Positions 53,101-62,328 of a stretch of 64,000 nt of DNA are shown piece by piece. Numbering within the stretch: position 1 is the stretch's first letter; each line of letters begins with the position of its first letter. The position numbers and the translations under genes were made by a program. The DNA is from Octopus sinensis (Eukaryota): the NCBI RefSeq assembly GCF_006345805.1, contig NC_042998.1, positions 165,912,001 to 165,976,000 on the forward strand, given 5' to 3'. The notes below the pieces were generated by a model. It was given only the letters and a program-made list of their open reading frames with translations, was not told the DNA's origin and ran no database searches.

Positions 53101-54849
53101 CATGCCAACAATTCTTCTAGCTCACTGCCCTAATATAGCACAAAATATTGATAGATATGAATCATTGGTCCTTTTTACTAAGTCAGTATTTTATTAGCTC
53201 ATGTGAATACTTATTGTAAACAAGCACCCCATCAGTTACAACAATGGGTGTTCCAGTTAATCTAATCAGTGGAACAGCCTGCAAATGAAATTAATGTGCA
53301 ACTGACTGAGCACTCTACAGACATAATATACCCTTGATGTAGTTCCCTGGGAGATTTAGCATGACACAGAATGTCACAAGGCTGGCCCATTGAAATACAG
53401 GTACTAGTCCTTTTTACCAGCTGAGTGGACTGGAGCAATGTGAAATAAAGTATCTTCCTAAAGTACACACTGCACTGCTGGTTATGGAACTCATAACCTT
53501 ATGATTGTGAGCCGAATACTCTAACCACTAAGCCACGTACCTTCACATTGTTTATTGTATATAAGTTTTATATATCTCAATACTTCTTCCTAAAAAATAT
53601 CAATTTGCTGCTTTAGCTGTTATATGAAAGTTATCTCCTTTGTAAATTCCTCCCTCTTAAAAAGTCATACTCTGGAGATGTTTTGAAGAAAGTCAGACAA
53701 ATTTTTTATGTAACTTAAGATGATTGTCCAGGAGTTTACAGCACCAAAATATTCATCACCACTTGATATATTGAGGGAGCCAAGGAGAAAGCAAGTAAAT
53801 AACTTGAAAACAGTTTCTAATTAAAGCTGTGTATCTGTGATGATATATAGAAACACTAAGCAGGCAACTGTGTTGCTATTTACTAAATTCTTTATGCTTG
53901 CAGTATTGGTTCACTTACTGCCTTTTCATTTATTAATACTTACACACTACAGCTGGAGATACGCTTCTTAATGCCAAACACTTTACAAAGTGTACTGGGT
54001 ACTTTTTACATGGTACTATCACTGACAGGGTCACCATGTACCTTGTAAGATGTAAAAGCAAAAACTCCTCACTTTGGAGTGTGAAGTAGCATTGGGAGGA
54101 GGAGGCTTTGGGCCAGTTGAGAGATTAAAGGTAAGGAGGGACAAAGAAAGGTGTCTTGCTGTAGATAAATGGATATTCCAATAGGAAAAGAAAGTGAAAG
54201 AGTAGGATAAGAGTGATACTGTGAGAGATGATGGCAAAGCTGCATTAGAACATGCCCTTGAGGGACATTGGGGGTGGTGAGAATAGATGAGGTGATACAA
54301 AGGTTTTGATTGGGTGAGTGGGCAGGATAGAGGTGATTAGCAAATGATGGAGAAAATTGTAGGGGAGGCTTGGGGACTGGGGTTGTGGTAGATATCTTTA
54401 AGAACATTTCTAAATCTCTGCCCATTTGAAGGATCCTTGAGCTTTCATAATCACCTTTTCCATATCAGTTTGTCTCTGGGTCCTCATATCCCTAAATTTT
54501 TTTGTCATACAGGAATATTAGTTGTGCAAACATTTAATTTCCTGCAAAACTGTTGGGTGTTTTTTCCAAAACTTCTAAATGTCTATGTATTTCTTCTAGA
54601 AATTTTGTAAACAAATTTTTCATTGCAAAAGTTTTTATTACATTTTTTAAAAAACATTGTATAGTGATGTAATTCAACTTTGATTTCTTTCTTTCCAGAC
54701 CCAAAGAGGAGCAGTCCAATGTTCGGGACAAATCCTCAGATGGTCCTATAGCCAAGAAACATGCAGGAGACAAATTTGCTGGTGAAAAGAAAATTATACC
54801 AGTTGACAAAAAGAAAAAAGAAAAGAAGAAAGTACTCAAGAGATTATGA
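43986..54849 (+). CDS. UBE2S: Ubiquitin-conjugating enzyme E2 S, spliced gene model (exons 43986-44133, 47625-47815, 52490-52623, 54699-54849); start-codon exon not located
   Basis: Four AG/GT-bounded exons join in frame (phases 0/1, 1/0, 0/2, 2/stop) to give [19 protein letters not shown]...[20 protein letters not shown]...[17 protein letters not shown]...[11 protein letters not shown]...KKKVLKRL*. It has the UBC fold with HPN motif and catalytic Cys, plus the basic C-terminal tail typical of UBE2S. Confidence 0.97.
45089..45420 (-). mobile_element. Young RTE 3' UTR insertion in UBE2S intron, with about 60-bp internal tandem units
   Basis: (CAT)n tail, catgctagcatgg, repeated gctggcaacggccacg...ttttacgtgccacc; CpG-rich. 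Confidence 0.85.
45651..45872 (+). mobile_element. Complete TTAA-type MITE
   Basis: TTAACCCTTT...AAAGGGTTAA. Confidence 0.88.
46200..46490 (+). mobile_element. Family 1 SINE, degraded
   Basis: ccaaccacatgg...ggttcagtctcactgcgtgg...gactgaaacaagtaaaa. Confidence 0.75.
47312..47458. repeat. Compound (CA)n-(CT)n-Cn-(CA)n microsatellite
   Basis: Directly visible, about 170 bp upstream of exon B. Confidence 0.95.
47625..47815 (+). CDS. UBE2S: UBE2S coding exon B (191 nt, catalytic Cys)
   Basis: Acceptor tttttttatcag; encodes [63 protein letters not shown]; donor gtaagt at 47816. Confidence 0.97.
48242..48456 (+). mobile_element. TTAA-type MITE
   Basis: ttaaacctttagc...aaagggttaa. Confidence 0.85.
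48795..49175 (+). mobile_element. Full-length family 1 SINE
   Basis: Head, body and tail align to 1756-2147. Confidence 0.88.
50897..51134 (+). mobile_element. Young RTE 3' UTR insertion
   Basis: Ends catgctagcatggaaagcagacgttaaatgag(gat)n. Confidence 0.85.
52092..52376 (-). mobile_element. Family 1 SINE just upstream of exon C
   Basis: Reverse complement of head and body. Confidence 0.82.
52490..52623 (+). CDS. UBE2S: UBE2S coding exon C (134 nt)
   Basis: Acceptor ttttttatatag; encodes [44 protein letters not shown]; donor gtaagt at 52624. Confidence 0.96.
52968..53131 (-). mobile_element. Family 2 SINE with internal deletion
   Basis: ggtttcaaattctggcacaaggccagc...gtacttattttattgacccc. 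Confidence 0.78.
53221..53547 (-). mobile_element. Family 3 SINE
   Basis: Reverse complement of 29363-29690. Confidence 0.8.
54699..54849 (+). CDS. UBE2S: UBE2S last coding exon D with stop
   Basis: Acceptor tttctttctttccag; encodes [49 protein letters not shown] then TGA at 54847-54849. Confidence 0.95.
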
Positions 54850-54878
54850 TAGCTATTTAATACTTTGTACAGACTGTG

Positions 54879-54884
54879 AATAAA
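54879..54884 (+). terminator. Candidate proximal polyadenylation signal AATAAA of UBE2S
   Basis: Canonical hexamer about 30 nt after the stop; further AATAAA copies near 55197 and 55381. Confidence 0.45.
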
Positions 54885-54932
54885 TAGACTCACTACTTTA
54901 GTGTCTCTCTCTCTCTCTCTCTTTCTCTCTCT

Positions 54933-54966
<34 letters not shown>

Positions 54967-55912
54967 CTTTTTCATACTGTTGTGAATGTAAAGACAGGGC
55001 ATTTTCTGATCATCCACTGAAAAGTCTTGGCTACAGCTCCTACCAGAGGATGGCTCTGGCAATGGAACACCAAAAAGCCTGCCTCTCCCATCTCAATCAC
55101 CCATATTGCTGAAGTCGCCATCCTCGATATCCATTCAGACTTAAACTGGCCGATGACAGTATTTGTGAGTGCATCATGTCATCACTCTAAGATTTTAATA
55201 AAGTTTCAAGCAACATATTTATGAGTTGTGTTTTTCACATAATGATTATCTTATTGTATAATGATTATTATTTTCAATGTTTTTCAAATTTTTTTTCTTT
55301 TCAATTTTTCATTTTGTCACATCTCCACGTTTTCTCTTGCTCAATTCTATCTTTCCCTCTTAACCTTTGGTTTCCTCATCAATAAACTGCTAATCCCCCT
55401 CCATTACCTCCTCCTCCTACCTGTTCATTCTTTCCTCCTAGCTCAACTTTACTTCTGTTAGCATAGCACTCCCTCTCACCACCCTGCTACAGCATCACCT
55501 TGTTATCTCTCTGTACTAAAACAATTATTATGTTTTAGAGTTTTTGTTTCATTTTTAAAAATGTTTTGAATTATTAAAATTCAATATTTCCTTTTTATAT
55601 CATGAATTAAAAAAAAAAAACCTTATTTTATCATCATTATATTTCAATTGGATATGCAATAATACCTCAGTTCAGTTAATCTCATGCATGTGTGTGTGTG
55701 TGTGTGAAATGAGATGACAAAGGAATAAACAATTATCTAATGAATTTCATTAGCTTATAGCTGTTTCCATTATAAAATGCGGTCGACTCATAGTTCAGTG
55801 TCTGACTGAATAAAATTTTACAGCTTTTAAAAAAAAAATTTTTTTTTATTAAAGTTTCAGCTCAGAGCTGCGGCCATGCTGATGCACTGCCGTTAAATAT
55901 ATATATATATAT

Positions 55913-56060
55913 ATATCATCATCATCGTTAAACGTCTGCTTTCCACACTAGCATGGGTTGGATGATTTGACTGAGGACTGGCCAACCAGATGGCTGCGCC
56001 AGACTCCAATCTGATCTGGCAGAATTTCTACAGCTGATGCCAACCACTCCGAGAGTGTGT
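55913..56060 (-). mobile_element. RTE 3' tail fragment
   Basis: (CAT)n, ctagcatgggttgg, ccaaccactccgagagtgt. Confidence 0.75.
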
Positions 56061-56696
56061 ATATATATATATATATATAATTTTAAATTAATAATAAAAG
56101 GGTAAAATTTATCAATTAAATTAATTAATCAATCAATTAATAATTTCACCAAGTAGATATATATGCATATTCTTATATATATAAAATTATCTGGCCAGCC
56201 AATGTATTTTTCTGCATTGTATGGATAATTTATCCTGTTCATGATATTTTATTAGCATTATCACGCGTTTGAGAATAAAAAAATTTATTTTTGTATCTTT
56301 CATCATAAGTTGAATTTATATATGTATATATATAATTGTTAAAGAGGACAGCAAATGTTAAGGCAAGGTGAACATCTCAAGTCATATATATTATTATTAT
56401 TGGAAAAAAATTCAAAGTCTTTGAATTTTTTTTTCCAATAATAAAATTGTACATGACTTGAGATAGTTGCCTTGCTTTAACGTTTGTTGTTCTCTTTAAC
56501 AATTCTATATCTGCTATATCAGAAATCTGCAATGGCTCCATAACTACTGTCGCAGCCATAACTTTGGAGCCCTGGTAATCCATTACAACACTTAACTAGC
56601 GTACCTAGTTGTTTAGATCACCTATGAACTAAACTCCCCTATTTTGTATATATATATACATATACACACATATATGCATATACATGCACATATATA

Positions 56697-57005
56697 CATC
56701 ATCATCATCATTTAGCATCCGCTTTCCATGCTAGCATGGGTTGGACGGTTCAACTGGGGTCTGTGAAGCCAGAAGGCTGCATCAGGCCCAGTCTGATCTG
56801 GCAGTGTTTCTACGGCTGGATGCCCTTCCTAACGCCAACCACTCCGTGAGTGTAGTGGGTGCTTTTTACGTGCCACCCGCACATGTGACAGACAGAGCTG
56901 GCAAACGGCCACGGACGGATGGTGCTTTTTACGTGCCACCGGTACGGGGGCCAGGCGAGGCTGGCAACGGCCACGAACGAATGGTGCTTTTTACGTGCCA
57001 CCGGC
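56697..57005 (-). mobile_element. Young RTE 3' UTR insertion with tandem about 60-bp units
   Basis: Same family as 45089-45420. Confidence 0.85.
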
Positions 57006-57186
57006 AACATACATGCACACACATATATATATATATATATATGACTTTTTAAAATTAGTTAATGATTCATTTGCATCTTTCTTATGAGAATAGTAAAAAT
57101 GAGTGAAAATACTAAAATTAAATTGAGTTTTTCAGCTAAGTACTAAATTTCCAATAACTAAATGTTGCAATTTTGAAGGGTTTGTA

Positions 57187-58416
57187 TTGGGTTGGCAACT
57201 AAGTTCCTGCCGTTTTTCTAAATTTTGGAATCTATTTTTTTGAGAATTCTATTTTTGAATCATTTTGGAATCTATTTTGTTTTTGTCTTTTTTTCTAGTT
57301 AATTTTTGTTTATTTTCAGATCATTAAAATGGAATGTCAAGTTAAGATAAACGAGCATTTTCGACACCTCCTTCTTTTTGCTTTTAATCAAAGTTCTAAG
57401 GCCACAAAAGCTGCTCATGACATTTGTGCTGTGTATGGAGAGGGTGCCATAGCTGAAAGAACCACTCGTGATTGGCATGCTAAATCTAAAAATGGAAATT
57501 TTGACCTCAAAGACACCTCGTTCTGACCGTCCAGTTGGGTTTGATGAAGAGCGATTAAACCAACTTTTGCACGAAATTTCTTGTCAAATGACAAGGGAAC
57601 TAGCAGAGAAAATGGAATGCTCCCACACTGCTATAGAGAAGCATCTTCACTCGATGGGGAAGGTTCAGAAGTATGGAGCATGGCTTCCGCAACAAAAATC
57701 AACGAGCCACAATCTCCGCTGGTTTGCTTGCTCGTCACCGCTCAACTCATGGACACAAGCAATGATTTCTTGGCACCATTGTATTTTTCTGGCAACGATG
57801 TACAGGCACCATTTTTCGTCGCCAGTAACAAAAAATGGTGCCTGTACATCAATATGGAGCAGTGTAAGGAATGGCTTAGCTCTGGTAAACAAGATCTTCA
57901 TCTGCGTAAAACGATGTGCGTATGGTGGGACTGGGAAGGGACTATACATTATGAATTGCTTGAACAGAACCAAACGCTCAGCGTGGAACTCTTATGTTCA
58001 ACAGATGGAACAACTCAACACGGCTATTCAAGAGAAAAGACCTAATCATTGACATGGAGTTCTGCTGCACGACACCTGCCCTCATATCGCCAATATGACC
58101 AAGGAAGCCATTCAAACGCATGGCTGGGAAGTGCTGCCACATCTGCTGTTCTCCGGATTTCCACCTCTTTCGATCTTTTTCAAATGCTATATGTGGAGTT
58201 TCGTTCAATACTGATGCAGAATTGAGAGCTTGATTGGATCAATTTTTCGAGTCGAAATCAGGTGATTTCTACCGACGAGGTATTGAAAATCTTGTTGAAT
58301 TTTGGGAAGAGGTTGTAAACAAGGGTGAATACATTATTGATTAATTAGTTATCATTTTTTATTAAACCTTTTAAAAAAATTTAAAATAAACGGCGGGAAC
58401 TTACTTGGCAACCTAA
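57187..58416 (+). mobile_element. Full-length decayed mariner element
   Basis: 29-bp imperfect TIRs with TA duplication; transposase from ATG 57329 (HFRHLLLF...AERTTRDW...RSDRP...VTKNG...CVWWDWEGTIHYELL) to YRRGIENLV near 58340, frameshifted. Confidence 0.93.
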
Positions 58417-58892
58417 TATTTCTCTTTAAATCTTTAACTGAAAGTAAATTATCCATGTCTGAAAATGATAATTTGTTGATTATTTTGAATGAATCTAAGA
58501 TGGGTATAGGCATCCTTTTTCAAGAAGGGGGCTACATGAGACCTGGTTCATCATCAGGTGGGTCACACTACTAAAAAAAAAGGCAATTTCAATTAGGGAT
58601 GCCATTCAGAAAGTCCTGCAGGTTGCAGTTTGCCCATGACTGATCTAAAATATATTACGATTTGAATGAATGGCAAAATTAAAATCAAGGAAATATTAGG
58701 ATTTTCAACCAAATAGAAATAACATTGGTTGTATACTGTCAATCTAACACGAACGTGACACTAGGGGGTACACCACTGCTGTTTAGCCCTAGGAAGCATC
58801 GACACCTCCTGATGGCTTTGAAACATTTTTCCTGTGTCCTCATATACATTTACGAAGGGGAGACAAACACCCCCAGCCACCCGGGGCTGCAT

Positions 58893-58935
58893 CTAGGAAC
58901 ACGTGTTTCAGGATGATTGTCCTTCGTCGGCCTAG
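58893..58935 (-). ncRNA. Minimal type I hammerhead ribozyme motif (U4C variant)
   Basis: Minus strand CUAGG-CCGACGA-AGGA-CAAUCA-UCCU-GAAAC-ACGU-GUU-CCUAG: perfect 5-bp stem I, 4-bp stem II, palindromic loop III. Confidence 0.7.
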
Positions 58936-59292
58936 AGTAGCAGACACCGGTCAGCTGACGATATCTGTCTCGACTCGTAATGTATATATCTAAATTTCAG
59001 TGAAGTCTATTCACTGATTATCAAAATCAGAAATACTAAATTTCTAAATCTCTCGTAGAGACATGTACGGTGGTGGGGCGATAGAATGGTTGTATACTGT
59101 CAATTTAATACAAACATGACAGTAGGGGGTACACCACCGCTGTTTAGCCCTAGGAAGCATCGACGCCTCCTGAGTAGCAGACACCGGTTAGCTGACGATA
59201 TCTGTCTCAACTCGTAATGTATATATCTAAATTTCAGTGAAGTCTATTTACGAGTCGAGACAGATATCGTCAGCTGACCAGTGTCTGCTACT

Positions 59293-59332
59293 CAAGGCCG
59301 ATGGACAATCATCCTGAAACACGTGTCCCTAG
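59293..59332 (+). ncRNA. Second, damaged copy of the hammerhead motif (GUC site)
   Basis: CAAGG-CCGAUG-GA-CAAUCA-UCCU-GAAAC-ACGU-GUC-CCUAG; 3-nt deletion at the core/stem II junction. Confidence 0.55.
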
Positions 59333-60173
59333 ATGCAGCCCCGGGCGGCTGGGGGTGTTTGTCTCCCCTTCGTAATTGTATATAATGACACAGGAAAAAT
59401 GTGTCAAAGCCATCAGGAGGCGTCGATGCTTCCAAGGGCTAAACAGCGGTGGTGTACCCCCTACTGTCACGTTCGTGTTAGATTGACAGTATACAACCAT
59501 TCTATTGCCCCACCACCGTACATGTCTCTACGAGAGATTTAGAAATTTAGTATTTCAGAAATAACAATGTTATCATTGTAGTATGTAGTAAGAGACTTGT
59601 AGTGTAAAGATTGGTAATTAAGGCTAATTTGAGAGTGAGATAGTTGTTTTATTTAATGAACACATTAGACAAGAAAATATGAATTACACACGTTTGTGGC
59701 TTAAGAGTTATTTTAACTCTTATTTCTAACAATGCTGGTGCTGACTTGCATCCTTAGTCACTTGTAGTGATAATTGTATGTGCCTTTTGCTTTTAAATTG
59801 CCTCTAACTACTTTAATAATTATATATATATATATATATACATATACACACACACGACAGGCTTCTTCAGTTTGTCTACCAGTTGCTGGAGGAACAAATG
59901 GTTCACTGTCAAAATAATGAATTTAAATAATACTGATTAAGTAACAATGGAAAATGATGTTCTTGCTGAATGCAACAAAATTTCACTTTTGATTCTTTTT
60001 GTGTTTCAGATTTGCAATTCTGAAATTTGCTTTCTTTCTTTTTTGCTGTCATCATCATTATAACATCCACTTTTCTATCCTTGCATGGACCCGGTAGAAT
60101 TCATTAAGGCAGATTTTTTTTTCTACAGCTAGGTGCTCTCCCTTTTGCCAAGCATGGTAATAACACCCTACGC

Positions 60174-60418
60174 CAGTGGTTCTCGACCATTTTTCTACCT
60201 ATGAATCTCTTTGATTCCTATTTTACTCTCCTGGATTTTCATAGCCATTTGCTGTATATATATATATTAACCTTACTGTATTTTTATAATTGAACATTAA
60301 GAACAATATTAAAATATTTGGGGTATTATAGAAGTATAAGCAATTTATTGCAGATAAATTTGAACAAAATCTTACATGGAACTTTAAGTGCCGTATGGAC
60401 TCCTGTTGATAACTACTG
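60174..60418. mobile_element. hAT-type MITE
   Basis: TIR cagtggttctcgac / gttgataactactg; 8-bp duplication ccctacgc / ccctaagc (7 of 8). Confidence 0.8.
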
Positions 60419-61118
60419 CCCTAAGCTATCAAGCATTTATTTAAAGATTAGATATAATCTGAGACACATTATACATCATAGAAGTAGTTGTTTAACTATG
60501 TAAAATCAACAAGTTGGGAGGGCTTCCAGGTATACCATATCTCTGCATATTTGAGGACCATGTTGCACATGCAGTGACATTCTGGAAATGTTGCACTCTG
60601 CACATCTTGTAGTGGCCTCAGTCAATACAGATACTCTTGATATGTATCCTACCAGTGTTTGGGGCTAGCGAGGTGGTGGTTGTTGCAACTATTTATATGC
60701 TTTGTGGGATAGTTAGTGCTTTTGGAATGCTGTTGTAGTATTTTCTACTGTATACAGCCATAGAAACCATGCTAAAGCAGACAATAGAGCATGGTTCAGT
60801 ATTCTGGCTAGCCAGCTCCTGTCAAAAGTCTAACCCAAGCTAGCATGGAAAATGGATGTTAAATGATGGGGTATGTGTATGCTGTTTTGTGTACTTTGTA
60901 GTTTATAGTAGAGAAATTCGTGATGCAGGCAGTATCTAATATATTCATTGTACACGTTTTTTCTTTCCTTTTGTTAGCCAAATGTACGTGCTCTAAGTAT
61001 GATTGTTTGTCATTTTGCTTTCTTTACTAAGTCTTTTATTATCTGCTGTCTGATGGAAGAAAGAGATTAAATTATGGCATGTTTTGTTGTTTTTAATGGT
61101 ATATTATGATGACATGCT

Positions 61119-61343
61119 AGGTGGCGACCTGGCAGGATTGATAGCACACCAGGCAATATGCTTAGTGGTATTTTGTCCATCTTTATGTTTTGAGTTCAAA
61201 TTCTGCTGAGGTCAATTTTACCTTTTCATCCTTTCAGGGTCAATAAAATAAGTACAAGTTGGGCACTGGGGGTGGGGGGTTTGAAGTAATCGACTTACAT
61301 CCTTTCTGAAATTGCTGGCCTTGTGCTAAAATTTGAAATCATT
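61119..61343 (+). mobile_element. Family 2 SINE, full length
   Basis: aggtggcgacctggcagg head, cttttcatcctttcagggtcaataaaataagtac core. Confidence 0.85.
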
Positions 61344-61453
61344 TACAGCAACATGCTGCATTTGTATGATGTTGGAGTGTGGATATGTTATTTAAGATTA
61401 TTGTGACTTGGTATTTTATGTGCTGTTGTTTATGCAACTAATCTATTCAATAT

Positions 61454-61566
61454 AGGTGCAGGAGTGGCTGTGTGGTAAGTAGCTTGCTAACCAACCACAT
61501 GGTTCCGGGTTCAGTCCCACTGCCTTGTGAGTGGATTTGGTAGACGGAAACTGAAAGAAGCCTGTC

Positions 61567-61616
<50 letters not shown>

Positions 61617-61814
61617 GTGCCTGTGTTTGCCCCCCTAGCATTGCTTGACAACCGAAGTTGGTGTGTTTACGTCCCTGTCACTTAGTGGTTCGGCAAAAGA
61701 GACCGATAGAATAAGTACTGGGCTTACAAAGAATAAGTCCCGGGGTCGATTTCCTCGACTAAAGGCGGTGCTCCAGCATGGCCACAGTCAAATGATTGAA
61801 ACAAGTAAAAGAGT
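61454..61814 (+). mobile_element. Young family 1 SINE with an internal deletion
   Basis: Near-identical to 1756-2147 but lacking the gcgtggcacc...caaa segment. Confidence 0.9.
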
Positions 61815-62027
61815 ACTATAATGTATATCAGTCTTTCGTGGTTTACGTTTGATGCAAATCTTTGCTTACCTATCTGGATAGTGTCATCAGTAACAATGGT
61901 GATACAGAGTCTAATATCAACCATTGGTAAAGCTGTAGCCACATTCCAGAGAATGTATACTATTTGGTCCTCCAAAACCATTGGCTTATAAAGAATTATG
62001 ACCCTGAAAAGGTTAACAAAACTGAAG

Positions 62028-62328
62028 GTGCATTATTTACATTAACACAACGTTTCGGCTGATATACCCTCCAAGCCTTCTTCAGGTGTCTTGGGGAAAT
62101 TTCGAACCTGGGTTCTCATTCCCGAGGTATTTTTTGATGTTAATAATAATAATAATAATAATCACATCAAAAAATACCTTAGGAATGAGAACCCAAGTTC
62201 GAAATTTCCCCAAGACACCTAAAGGGTATATCAGCCGAAACGGTGTGTTAACAACAAACAAGATGAAGACAAATATCCATTGAATGTAAATAATGCACAT
62301 AATTCCTCATCTCTTAAATGTAGAACTG
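62028..62328. mobile_element. Penelope-like inverted terminal repeat pair, same family as 34710-35053
   Basis: Arms about 62028-62140 and 62163-62328 around an (AAT)n spacer. Confidence 0.75.
62044..62090 (-). ncRNA. Minimal hammerhead-like motif in Penelope-type repeat
   Basis: Minus strand GACAC-CUGAAGA-A-GGCU(UGGAGGGUAUAUC)AGCC-GAAAC-GUU-GUGUU. Confidence 0.55.

Larger units (their letters stand above)
58726..59556. mobile_element. Composite of a 361-nt repeat (two tandem copies plus one inverted copy) bearing hammerhead motifs; retrozyme/Penelope-like
   Basis: tggttgtatac recurs at 58726 and 59087; 59250-59556 is the reverse complement; flanked by agaaataacattg (58715-58727) and agaaataacaatg (59557-59569). 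Confidence 0.8.

Noticed and set aside
58795-58830. CTGATGG..GAAAC hammerhead-like string
   Set aside because: Core is CUGAUGG, no stem II, and the other copy reads GACAC; the real motif is at 58893-58935.
58945-58980. CTGACGA...CTCGTA string
   Set aside because: No GAAA; explained by a local palindrome gtcagctgac.
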